Source: Candidatus Omnitrophota bacterium (GTDB lineage: Bacteria; Omnitrophota; Gorgyraeia; JABMRG01). Taken from it: 64,000 nucleotides of DNA. Positions within the stretch are counted from its first letter, which is position 1. Every line of letters begins with the position of its first letter. Positions 30,491 to 39,276 of the stretch are shown here, one piece after another. The notes under the pieces were generated by a model. That model ran no database searches, was not told the origin of the DNA, and saw only the letters and a list, made by a program, of their open reading frames with translations. The position numbers and the translations under genes are program-made. The stretch lies in NCBI GenBank assembly GCA_030593065.1, contig JAUVHV010000002.1:104098-168097 (forward strand), read 5' to 3'.

Positions 30491-30900
30491 GCAGCCAGCT
30501 TTTGAGCAATTTCGCAGAAGCACAAAATTTTTCCCTGCGAGAAAATTTTGCTCCGTTTTTTTGCTCTCTCCCACTGCTATTTTACTTTGTAAAACAGCAG
30601 TGGTCCATGCCCGTTCGCAAAAAAGAGGTTCTGCTCCATTACTCAAAAAGCTGGCTTTCAGAACGGTTCTTAATTAAAACCACACTTGCAAAACTATGCC
30701 AAGGTTTGCTAACTAAGGGAGAGTTTTGTTGCAACTGGAGCGGGACTTTGGTGGTGCGAGCGGGCAAGGTTCGCCCTGATTAAGTCATATGCGAGAGCGA
30801 GCGCCAACTCGGAGTGAAATTCCCACGCTGGGGGAATTTCACGTTCCTGCGAAAGTTGCTACGAAACTCTCAGCTTAGATGAAGGTAGCGGATAAGGAAT
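30491..30900. repeat. Mosaic GC-rich intergenic repeat, copy A (modules shared with copies at 56296-56715 and 62512-62722)
   Basis: About 150 nt of 30700-30900 is the reverse complement of 56320-56530 at roughly 90% identity. Palindromes at 30520-30552 and 30814-30842 share arms and loop with the hairpin at 56401-56430. Confidence 0.8.
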
Positions 30901-30916
30901 CATAGATAACGTTTGA

Positions 30917-32836
30917 TTATGAGCTGACTGGAAGTTTCCTTCCGGCTTTATGTTCGTTTATGGTGTTTCGCAAGAGCCTGCAATAGAGGTCAAATCCTAC
31001 AGCGGCAATATATCCATGCTGTTGGGTCCCTAATATATTGCCGGCACCCCTTATCTGAAGGTCTTCCATAGCTATCTTAAAACCTGAACCCAGTTCTGTA
31101 AAACGTCCTACAGCCTTGAGCCTTCTCTTTGCGTCTCCTGCAAGCGGGTAATTCTTTGGCACCAGGCATATCGCGTAAGCTTTTATATTAAACCTGCCTA
31201 CCCTGCCTCTAAGCTGATAAAGATCTGCTAAACCAAACCTATCCGCGTGATTTATAATAATAGTATTTGCATTCGGTATATCTATACCTGATTCGATAAT
31301 AGTTGTAGAGACCAAGACATCTATTTCACCTTTTATAAACTGGAGCATTATCTTTTCAAGCTCTTTAGCCGGAATCTTACCGTGGGCAACAGAGATACGT
31401 ACACTCTCTCCCATAAGCGCCTTTAGTCCTAACACGATCTTCTCTATCCCCTTAATCCTATTATTCACAAAAAAGACCTGGCCTCGCCTTTTAAGCTCAC
31501 GCTCAATAGCTTCTTTAATCAGCTTATCGTTATATGAACTTATAATAGTCTTGATAGGAAGCCTGTCAAGGGGTGGTGTGTTGATTGCGGACATATCTCT
31601 TGCACCGGTAAGCGACATGTATAGCGTACGCGGTATAGGTGTAGCTGTCATTGTAAGGACATCTATAAGAAGCCTGATCTTTTTCAATTTCTCTTTTGCC
31701 TTTACGCCAAAACGCTGTTCCTCATCTATAATTACGAGCCCGAGATCCTTAAATACTATATCATCCGACAAAAGCCTGTGTGTTCCTATTACAATATCGA
31801 CAGAACCCTCTTTCAACCCCTTCAAAACCTCTTTCTGTTCAGATTTTGTCTTAAAACGTGAAAGCATCTGTATATTTACAGGAAACTCCTTCATTCTTTC
31901 GCAAAATGTATTATAATGCTGTTCCGCCAATATAGTAGTAGGAACTAATATACCAACCTGCTTGTTATCCATTACAGCCTTGAATGCGGACCTTAAAGCA
32001 ACTTCCGTCTTACCATAACCTACGTCACCACATAAGAGCCTATCCATAGGCTTTGGCTTTTCCATATCAGAGATTACGTCAGAAACGGCCTTTGCCTGAT
32101 CGATCGTATCTCTATAAGGAAAACTTTCTTCCAGTTTATATTGCCAATCAGTATTTTTGGAGAAAGCAAAACCCTTGAGTTTCATTCGATCTGCCTGCAT
32201 CTGAAGCAGTTCCATTGCATAAGAGGCTGCTATCTTCTTGGTCTTCTGTTTTAATCTTTTCCAGGAACCTGTTCCCAGCTTGCTCAGTCTTGGAACACAC
32301 TTATAAAAACTTAAATATTTTTGTATAAGATTTATCTCCCCGACAGGCAAATACAACTTATCTCTATCCGCGTACTCGATTAGAATATAATCTTTCTCAT
32401 GGCCACTCTTTTCCTTTATTTTCTTTATGCCTTTGTATATACCTATACCATAATCAATATGTACGACTAAATCGCTAATCATTATATCAACAAAGTTATC
32501 TATAGGCACCTCTTCTCCCATACCGTGAAATATAGCGGGCTTGGCAGAAGAGTGTAATGTTTTTCTTGGAAGTATTATTACCATCTGGTGGACAGAAGTA
32601 ATCTCAGAAGTGACCAGGCTAAAAGATCGTATAGAATGAACCTTATCCTGAAAAAGCTCTAATCGCACAGGAGACTCAAAGCCGCTGGGAAAGATATCGA
32701 TAATCCCTCCCCTGTGCGCAAAGTCTCCTTCCTGCGCTACAAAATCTGTTATCTTATAACCCAGCAGGATTAAATCTTTAAGAAGCGGTTCTTTCTCCTG
32801 GTTTTGATTGGTATAAAGCTTGGCCGATTTAAACAT
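30917..32836 (-). CDS. mfd: Transcription-repair coupling factor (Mfd) homolog; short form lacking the N-terminal UvrB-homology region (D1a/D2 side) and the C-terminal D7
   Basis: 639 aa. Contains RGGIIDIFP...RLELF (UvrB-like motif), a CarD/TRCF RNAP-interaction domain (VVHIDYGIGIYKG...KLYLPVGEINL), SF2 helicase motifs (GDVGYGKTEVALR; DEEQRFGV; TATPIPRTL; QLRGRVGR) and a TRG region. Only 45 bp separate it from argS. Confidence 0.75.
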   Translation of the reverse strand: MFKSAKLYTNQNQEKEPLLKDLILLGYKITDFVAQEGDFAHRGGIIDIFPSGFESPVRLELFQDKVHSIRSFSLVTSEITSVHQMVIILPRKTLHSSAKPAIFHGMGEEVPIDNFVDIMISDLVVHIDYGIGIYKGIKKIKEKSGHEKDYILIEYADRDKLYLPVGEINLIQKYLSFYKCVPRLSKLGTGSWKRLKQKTKKIAASYAMELLQMQADRMKLKGFAFSKNTDWQYKLEESFPYRDTIDQAKAVSDVISDMEKPKPMDRLLCGDVGYGKTEVALRSAFKAVMDNKQVGILVPTTILAEQHYNTFCERMKEFPVNIQMLSRFKTKSEQKEVLKGLKEGSVDIVIGTHRLLSDDIVFKDLGLVIIDEEQRFGVKAKEKLKKIRLLIDVLTMTATPIPRTLYMSLTGARDMSAINTPPLDRLPIKTIISSYNDKLIKEAIERELKRRGQVFFVNNRIKGIEKIVLGLKALMGESVRISVAHGKIPAKELEKIMLQFIKGEIDVLVSTTIIESGIDIPNANTIIINHADRFGLADLYQLRGRVGRFNIKAYAICLVPKNYPLAGDAKRRLKAVGRFTELGSGFKIAMEDLQIRGAGNILGTQQHGYIAAVGFDLYCRLLRNTINEHKAGRKLPVSS

Positions 32837-32881
32837 GGGGGGATTCTAAGTGTTCGAAACTGTTTCAATGCTTATTTAAAT

Positions 32882-34558
32882 TTACATCTCCTCAGGGCAA
32901 GATACGCCTAAGAGCGCGAGAGCTTTTGAAAAGACAACTTTAAGCGATTCAATAAGAACCAAACGCGCGGATGTGAGGTTAGCGTCATCACTTACAACAC
33001 GGTGTTTTGAATAAAAAACATGGAAAGCGGCTGCCAGCTCCATAAGGTATGATATAAGCCTATGCGGTTCCATATCTTGTGCCGACTCTTCTAATATTTC
33101 AGGAAACTCTCTCAATATCCTCAGAATACTCAGTTCTTCTTCTGCATGGAGTAATTCCAGGGTTTTACCCTTATCTTTACCTATACCCTGTTTATTCTTA
33201 TGCTCTAGTATGCCGCAGATCCTGGCATGAGCATACTGTATATAATATACAGGGTTTTCCATAGACTCCTTCTTGGCAAGTTCAAGATCAAAATCAAGAT
33301 GACTGTCTCTACGTCTTGTCAAAAAGAAGAATCTTGTCACATCTTTACCTACCTCATCTATTACCTGGCGCAAGGTTATGAATTCTCCTTCCCTGGTAGA
33401 CATGCGTACAGGCACGCCTGATCTTGAAAGAGTAACAAGTTGAATTATCAAAATAGATAATAGATCCTTATCTTTACCTATCGCCTGGCATGCGGCCTTT
33501 ATTCGTGGTATATAACCATGGTGATCCGGGCCCCAGAGGTTAATAAGCATATCAAAACCTCTCTTAAACTTATCTTCATGATAAGCAATATCTGGTGTAA
33601 TATATGTATAAGACCCATCGCTTTTACGCAAAACCCTGTCTTTATCATCGCCAAATCTTGTGGAAGAGAACCAAAGAGCCCCATCCTTTTCATACAAAAA
33701 CCCTTTCTCTTTAAGATGTGTTAAAGCTTTTTCTACCTTTCCTGACCTGCTAAGCTTATGTTGTGAATAATAGTTATCAAATCTTACGCTAAAATCTGAC
33801 AAATCTTTTCTAATACCGTCCATTATGTACTTTATGCCAAAATCACGGAAAAAAAAGATATTTTTATCATCAAGTGCTACTAAAGCCTTATTATGTTTTT
33901 CTATAACAACCTTTGCAATATCATATATATAATCTCCCTTATACCCTGCTTCAGGAAAGAGGCAAGCCTCTCCAAGCAATTCACAGTATCTCGCATGGAT
34001 AGATCTTCCAAGAAGCTCTATCTGGTTTCCTTCGTCATTAAGATAATATTCTCTTGCTACTTTATAACCCGCAAATTCCAAAATATTAGCAAGCACATCA
34101 CCTATAGCGGCCTGCCTCCCGTGGGCTATGCTTAAAGGCCCCGTTGGGTTAGCGCTGACAAACTCTATTAAGACTTTTTTACCTTTACCCTGTATGCTTC
34201 GCCCAAAACCGATGCCTTCAGATATTATCCGGTCAATAACATCATGAAGATAGTTATTTGAAAAGCGAAAGTTTATAAAACCCGGAGGCTTTACTTCAAC
34301 CGTGAAAATATTCTCTTTAAAACCGGTTTTCTCAATACCTTCTTTTATAAGCTTTAGAACCTCTTCCGCTACCTCAAGAGGTTTCAGTCCTTTTTTAGCC
34401 TTACAGATCTGCATAGCAATATTGGTAGATAGATCCGCAAGCTTTCTGTTTCTAGGCACCTCAAGCATAATCTCTGGTACATGCTTTATAGCCAATTTAC
34501 CAGCTACGTTGTAAACAGCGGTCTTTATGATACCAATTAACTGAAACTTAATATCCAA
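32882..34558 (-). CDS. argS: Arginine--tRNA ligase
   Basis: 558 aa; class I HIGH-type (ANPTGPLSIAHGR); anticodon-binding DALR domain at the C-terminus. Confidence 0.92.
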   Translation of the reverse strand: MDIKFQLIGIIKTAVYNVAGKLAIKHVPEIMLEVPRNRKLADLSTNIAMQICKAKKGLKPLEVAEEVLKLIKEGIEKTGFKENIFTVEVKPPGFINFRFSNNYLHDVIDRIISEGIGFGRSIQGKGKKVLIEFVSANPTGPLSIAHGRQAAIGDVLANILEFAGYKVAREYYLNDEGNQIELLGRSIHARYCELLGEACLFPEAGYKGDYIYDIAKVVIEKHNKALVALDDKNIFFFRDFGIKYIMDGIRKDLSDFSVRFDNYYSQHKLSRSGKVEKALTHLKEKGFLYEKDGALWFSSTRFGDDKDRVLRKSDGSYTYITPDIAYHEDKFKRGFDMLINLWGPDHHGYIPRIKAACQAIGKDKDLLSILIIQLVTLSRSGVPVRMSTREGEFITLRQVIDEVGKDVTRFFFLTRRRDSHLDFDLELAKKESMENPVYYIQYAHARICGILEHKNKQGIGKDKGKTLELLHAEEELSILRILREFPEILEESAQDMEPHRLISYLMELAAAFHVFYSKHRVVSDDANLTSARLVLIESLKVVFSKALALLGVSCPEEM

Positions 34559-34602
34559 CCCCTTAAACCTCCTATTAATTTTCTAATTTCCCATACTATA
34601 AA

Positions 34603-34648
34603 ATAGGGACATATCCTATTAATTTAAGTGGTTAGGACCTGTCCCTAT
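34603..34648 (-). terminator. Candidate stem-loop between rsfS and argS (9-bp stem ATAGGGACA/TGTCCCTAT, about 27-nt loop)
   Basis: Inverted repeat seen directly; on the minus strand it is followed by TTTATAGTAT. Weak intrinsic terminator or attenuator. Confidence 0.25.
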
Positions 34649-34683
34649 ATAATATATCTCTAATAGTCACAACGCTTCACTAC

Positions 34684-35061
34684 TTAAGATTCCACCCCGG
34701 TACTCACCTTTACCTGCTTCGCATCACCCCAAAGCCTTTCCAGATCATAAAAACGCCGTGCATCCTCATGAAAAATATGCACAATCACATCAACATAATC
34801 CAGAAGTATCCAGTGGTTATTCGTTTTACCCTCTGAGTGGTAAAGTTTTATCTTCTGCTTGGCAAGTGAATCCTCTATGTGGTTTGCTATAGCTCCTGCC
34901 TGCCTGGAAGAACCCGCACCAGCAATTACAAAATAATCGCAGAAGGCTGCTACCTTCTGCATATCAAGTATTCTTATATCTTCAGCCTTCTTTTCTAATG
35001 CCAGATTACTTATCTTTAAGGCTTTTTTCCTCGAATCTGTATTGATCATTACTGCTGGCAT
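34684..35061 (-). CDS. rsfS: Ribosome silencing factor RsfS (Iojap)
   Basis: 125 aa; ILDMQKVAAFCDYFVIAGAGSSRQAGAIANHIE matches RsfS. Confidence 0.85.
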   Translation of the reverse strand: MPAVMINTDSRKKALKISNLALEKKAEDIRILDMQKVAAFCDYFVIAGAGSSRQAGAIANHIEDSLAKQKIKLYHSEGKTNNHWILLDYVDVIVHIFHEDARRFYDLERLWGDAKQVKVSTGVES

Positions 35062-35077
35062 AAGTTGTGAGCGGACT

Positions 35078-35221
35078 TCACTTGCCCATTATTCTGTACA
35101 TACCTGTTGAACAAGCAGGGCATTTACCCTTCATAGCCTTTCGGCCATTCTTCATTGTTACCTCTTTCGCATCCTGCATCTCTTTCTTTGCTTTACACTT
35201 AACACAATACCCTTCTACCAT
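35078..35221 (-). CDS. Small zinc-ribbon protein (47 aa; DUF5679-like CxxC...CxxC); not in the supplied ORF track
   Basis: Minus-strand ATG at 35221 preceded by AGGAGGAGATA. Translation MVEGYCVKCKAKKEMQDAKEVTMKNGRKAMKGKCPACSTGMYRIMGK; stop TGA at 35080-35078. Fills the rsfS-secretin gap. Confidence 0.55.
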   Translation of the reverse strand: MVEGYCVKCKAKKEMQDAKEVTMKNGRKAMKGKCPACSTGMYRIMGK

Positions 35222-35290
35222 ATCTCCTCCTATTGTTTTTGGTATTTTAGCATACTGTCGTTACTTAGTCAAGATAATTAGATAGACTTG

Positions 35291-37186
35291 TTACTCATAG
35301 CTAATCGCGATCTGCAATGTTTCTGTATACTTATTAATACTTTTTGGAAATCGTGGAAATGGCGCTGCGCTTACTACGCTCTGCACGCCCAGTTCAAAGA
35401 GGTTATGATCCTTGCCTTTATAAATTTTTGGGGTTGATAGGAGCCTGCCGTAACGGTCTATTTCAAAAGATATTGAGACTTCACCATATACAGGTATATT
35501 TGGCCTTCTTTTCTCAACCTCTTCATTTATCATAGATACTATGAGGTTATAGTATTCATCCGGAGCCATATTCTTTGTATCAATCTCCTTGCTTTTGTTC
35601 ATTTTACCAAAAAAATCCTTTACAGCTATATCCTGTGCTACCTTATCAACTGTAAGCAGGTCTGCAGGCTCTTCCCCACTGATAATATGCGGAGTAAGAA
35701 ATATAACCAACTCTGTTTTCTCAGGATTTGTATTGTCACCGCTGCCTATAGTCCTGGACCGAAATAGATTCCCGATCAGAGGAATATCAGCAAGCCCTGG
35801 AACTTCTCTCACGCTCTCTCTTACATTCTCTTCTATAAGGCCCCCTATCAATACCGTTGCCCCGGATTTTACCATGACAGTTGTCTCTGTTGTGGTAGTC
35901 TTTACTATCGGTATAGTATTCTTGCTACTCTCTATGGTAAAGTCGCCTAATTTTGAACTTACCTCTGGTTTTATCTTCATAGTAACAAAATCATGGTCAT
36001 TAATAGTCGGTTTTACAATAAGTTTTATACCTAAATCGATAAAGGTTACATTTTCCGCTTCAATATTTCCTGTTCCACCACTGCCCTGGCTTATTGTACG
36101 CGTGGCATAGGGCTGGTTTGTACCTACCAGGATACTTGCCTCTTCATTATTAATGACAGCGATTCTTGGTGAAGAGAGCAGTTTTGTCTCTCCATACTCT
36201 TTTAATACCTGAATAACGGCCTGATATCCTTCAGTACTCAAGTTGCCTATCTGCAGGGCTCCACCAGCACCGGTTGCTGTGGTAGTTGGCATGATATTAG
36301 TCTGATCCGAATATTTTAAGCTCACACCAAACGTTGCTATGTTATGCAGGGTATGGTTCATTTTTACAAATACCGCGTCCCAGTTAATACCTGTCCTGTA
36401 ATCATCGTTCAATGTGATCTGTAATATCTTTGCCTCTATAATCACTTCTTTATGTTTTTCATCAAACGCGGCTATAACCTGATCAAATAGAGGTATCCTT
36501 TCCACAAGATCTGTTACAATTACTTTATTCGTACGCTCATCAATACGCAGGTTTCCGACACCATCTGTTAGCATCTCGCTCAGCCTGTCTTTCATCTCAT
36601 CTACTCTTGCATACTGCAGGGAATAGACCCTTGTCTCAAGTGGGATATCGAGGCCTTTGATTATCTTTTCCATTTCAGCTACAACTTTTGGAATATCCAT
36701 AAGTACTATTGTATCAGACGTGTTATCCGCGACAACCCTTCCTATATTAGTCTTAAATTGGGAAATTGCCTTTGATACATCCTCTGCTGCAGCGTACTGA
36801 AGTTTTATAGACTTTACGATGCGCCTGTCCTCATACTTTTTGCCGTAGATTAATTCATAATCACGCTCTGTCATAACATATATAATATTGTCGCGTTTTT
36901 CAAATGCCAGGCCATTTGCCGCTATAATTATCTCAAAGGCCGCCCATGTATCCACATCTTTTAAAAAGAGGGTTACCTTGCCTGTCACGTTCTTTCCCGC
37001 GATAATGTTGAGATTGCCTCTCATAGATAATAACCTGAAAACATCCAGTATATCCATACCTTTGATGTCGAGTGAAAGTTTCTCTATAGGCTCAGGCGCA
37101 ATTGAAACGCTTGCTTGAGCAAAGAGATAACTTTGTGAAGTAACTATTAATGATAAGATCAATATTCCCATTGATATCTTTTTCAT
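35291..37186 (-). CDS. Secretin (GspD/PilQ family) with a C-terminal TonB-C-like domain
   Basis: 631 aa; signal peptide, N0/N1-like domains, secretin core (VLIGGLIEENVRESVREVPGLADIPLIGNLFRSRT), then a C-terminal roughly 90 aa GEVSISFEIDRYGRLLSTPKIYKGKDHNLFELGVQSVVSAAPFPRFP resembling TonB_C. Confidence 0.8.
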   Translation of the reverse strand: MKKISMGILILSLIVTSQSYLFAQASVSIAPEPIEKLSLDIKGMDILDVFRLLSMRGNLNIIAGKNVTGKVTLFLKDVDTWAAFEIIIAANGLAFEKRDNIIYVMTERDYELIYGKKYEDRRIVKSIKLQYAAAEDVSKAISQFKTNIGRVVADNTSDTIVLMDIPKVVAEMEKIIKGLDIPLETRVYSLQYARVDEMKDRLSEMLTDGVGNLRIDERTNKVIVTDLVERIPLFDQVIAAFDEKHKEVIIEAKILQITLNDDYRTGINWDAVFVKMNHTLHNIATFGVSLKYSDQTNIMPTTTATGAGGALQIGNLSTEGYQAVIQVLKEYGETKLLSSPRIAVINNEEASILVGTNQPYATRTISQGSGGTGNIEAENVTFIDLGIKLIVKPTINDHDFVTMKIKPEVSSKLGDFTIESSKNTIPIVKTTTTETTVMVKSGATVLIGGLIEENVRESVREVPGLADIPLIGNLFRSRTIGSGDNTNPEKTELVIFLTPHIISGEEPADLLTVDKVAQDIAVKDFFGKMNKSKEIDTKNMAPDEYYNLIVSMINEEVEKRRPNIPVYGEVSISFEIDRYGRLLSTPKIYKGKDHNLFELGVQSVVSAAPFPRFPKSINKYTETLQIAISYE

Positions 37187-37230
37187 TATTTTAAACCCCC
37201 GATTTTAACTTTTTATTTTTATATATTTTA

Positions 37231-37944
37231 TTATAATGAGAGCGTTACGGTCTCATCATTACACTCAAGTATAACTCTGCCGTTTAGTATGTCCTTTACT
37301 CGTATGTTATCAATCATATCACCCTTTTTAAGAAAGAGTGTCTGCCCATTTCTCTTATCCTCTATTATTACCTGTGGTTGGTTTCCAGGTATTATACCAA
37401 CGAGGCTTAAGCCTTTCACTAAATCACGAAGGCCGGGCCCCTCTATCGCCTTTACCTTACCGTTACTTCTGGCAGGCGGCGCGAATATAGCTTTTTTATT
37501 AAGCAGTTTCTGGTAGTCTTCAAATGAAGATGCGGGCTTCTCATTATTAGAGGCCTCTTTTTTTTCAGTAAGCGCCTTCTCCGCCTCAAATTCTCCGGGC
37601 TCTTCTGTCTCTGAAAATGATTTTATAAGAAGCTTTAAATTCTCTACCTCTTGATCTTCTTTGTAAATTAAGGCGGTAAATATAAAATATCCTGCTAAGA
37701 AAACCAGAACAATAAATGCCCCAAGAATCAGATAATTTACATTAAAAGCGGGCTTTAATTTTTGCTTTTTTTTATGGGTTTTCTCCACCGGCGCTTCATC
37801 AGAACTGGGCGCAACCTGTCCGGCCTTCTGCGAGATTGCTTGCGCCACAGGCGGAACAGCCTTTGTCCGGGCAGGAACAACAGAATTCTGTTTTCCTTTT
37901 ATCAGATGAAGTAATTTTTCTTCGGGCGAAAACTCATTTACCAT
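37231..37944 (-). CDS. Bitopic membrane protein, GspB/PilP-like candidate secretin-assembly factor
   Basis: 237 aa; cytoplasmic Lys-rich N-terminus, one TM (ILGAFIVLVFLAGYFIF), periplasmic C-terminal beta-domain (IIEDKRNGQTLFLKKGDMIDNIRVKDILNGRVILE). Sits between the ExeA-like ATPase and the secretin. Confidence 0.4.
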   Translation of the reverse strand: MVNEFSPEEKLLHLIKGKQNSVVPARTKAVPPVAQAISQKAGQVAPSSDEAPVEKTHKKKQKLKPAFNVNYLILGAFIVLVFLAGYFIFTALIYKEDQEVENLKLLIKSFSETEEPGEFEAEKALTEKKEASNNEKPASSFEDYQKLLNKKAIFAPPARSNGKVKAIEGPGLRDLVKGLSLVGIIPGNQPQVIIEDKRNGQTLFLKKGDMIDNIRVKDILNGRVILECNDETVTLSL

Positions 37945-37945
37945 A

Positions 37946-38770
37946 TCACCTTACCTCGCGTGCCATTATCTCTTCAATCAGGCTCTCATCCACAATTTTT
38001 CTTTCCCGCATAATAAGCATCTCAAGCGCATCATGACAAAGCATTGATATCTTTCTCGGATACCCCTGAGTATGCTCATATATATGCCTTATAGCGTTAT
38101 CAGTAAATAACTGCTCATCCTTCGTATGGCCTGCTTGTCTTAATCTAAATTCTATAAGCGCCTTGGTCTCATTCTCATCAAGCGGATTAATAATATATTT
38201 AAGATTTACCCTGTCCATAAAATTTCTTATTCTTCGTATCTTCGGTAACAACTCTATCTGTGAAAGTATGACAAGTTGTAACAGCTTATACTGGTTAGTT
38301 TCATAATTCAAAAGAGTCCTTAATATCTCAATCTGTGTGGGGGTAAGTTTCTGGCCTTCATCTATAAGAAGGATTATAGTTTTATTCTCATCAACCCCTT
38401 TTTGGAATAAATATTTTTCCAGTGCGTCCTTATAATCAAGAGTTGACCGAAATGCCGGAGTCACGCCAAACATCTTACCTAAGCTTGAAATAAACTGAAA
38501 TTCCGTCTTGTAACTGGGATCAAGTACCATGTGGAATATAAAATCAGGCTCATCCTTAAAAATTTGAACTAACATCCTGCTTAAAGTTGTCTTTCCCGTC
38601 CCTACATCCCCTAATATTACATTCAGCCCCCTGCGCAGACGTATTGCTATCTCTAATCTTTTTAATGCCGCGTTATGTGAGAAAGATGGATAAAAAAATT
38701 GCGGGTCCGGGCTTGTTGAAAACGGCTCTGATTTCAGGTATAATGCTTCATAATAACTCATCTTCACCAA
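37946..38770 (-). CDS. AAA ATPase, ExeA/GspA-like
   Basis: 274 aa; Walker A VILGDVGTGKTT; ExeA-family architecture without a periplasmic PG-binding extension. Confidence 0.7.
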   Translation of the reverse strand: MVKMSYYEALYLKSEPFSTSPDPQFFYPSFSHNAALKRLEIAIRLRRGLNVILGDVGTGKTTLSRMLVQIFKDEPDFIFHMVLDPSYKTEFQFISSLGKMFGVTPAFRSTLDYKDALEKYLFQKGVDENKTIILLIDEGQKLTPTQIEILRTLLNYETNQYKLLQLVILSQIELLPKIRRIRNFMDRVNLKYIINPLDENETKALIEFRLRQAGHTKDEQLFTDNAIRHIYEHTQGYPRKISMLCHDALEMLIMRERKIVDESLIEEIMAREVR

Positions 38771-38844
38771 TCCTAAGGTTTACAAGTTACCTCGTCGCTT
38801 TGCAATAACTTTATTACGATTTTCAGTGAGGCCTGATTGAAATT

Positions 38845-39069
38845 TCATACTGCAAGCTTCTTTTTTATATGTTCCAGAGATTTACCTTCTTTTCTTAAAT
38901 TTCTAATATGCTTAAGCATGTCAACTGTTGAATCATCAAAAAACCTAAAATTCGTCTCTATACCTCTGCTTATCTCTTTTATAAGTTTTATCTTTAGATA
39001 GAACTTTAACGTGTCCACAGAATAGCCTGTTACTTGCGCAAGATCTCTTATTAAATATATATTCCTCAT
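38845..39069 (-). CDS. MerR-family HTH transcriptional regulator (short); ORF track gives 38845..39132, internal Met start more likely
   Basis: MRNIYLIRDLAQVTGYSVDTLKFY is a MerR-type HTH; embedded in the secretion-system cluster. Confidence 0.5.
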   Translation of the reverse strand: MRNIYLIRDLAQVTGYSVDTLKFYLKIKLIKEISRGIETNFRFFDDSTVDMLKHIRNLRKEGKSLEHIKKKLAV

Positions 39070-39242
39070 TCTTATCAGCCTACGTTTTCTGCAACTATTA
39101 ATATCGCGTTCATTAAAGGTGGATATTATCACTCCATGGGTAAGGAGCCCACCTTCTCCCTACTCATAGAGTTAGTTTATAATGTTTTTGCACTATTGTC
39201 AACTTGTGAGTATAAAAAAATTGGAAAAATAACAGATATTGC

Positions 39243-39258
39243 TCCCTATGCAGGGAGT
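39243..39258 (-). terminator. Small GC hairpin (CTCCCT-ATGC-AGGGAG) downstream of the pilO-like gene
   Basis: Perfect 6-bp stem seen directly; a U-rich tract follows on the minus strand after a short gap. Possible attenuator or terminator ahead of the MerR gene. Confidence 0.25.
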
Positions 39259-39276
39259 GAGAGCAGGTGATTGAAA

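Noticed and set aside
30502-30783. 93-aa plus-strand ORF in the ppiC-mfd intergenic region
   Set aside because: It sits entirely within repeat copy A and has a Cys/Phe-rich nonsense composition. Likely non-coding.
30491-30900. Possibility that the GC-rich repeats are tmRNA, SRP RNA, 5S rRNA or tRNA fragments
   Set aside because: By eye there is no tRNA-like 3' end, no tag-peptide reading frame ending in hydrophobic residues, and no SRP domain IV or 5S consensus. Similarity among the three copies is the dominant signal.
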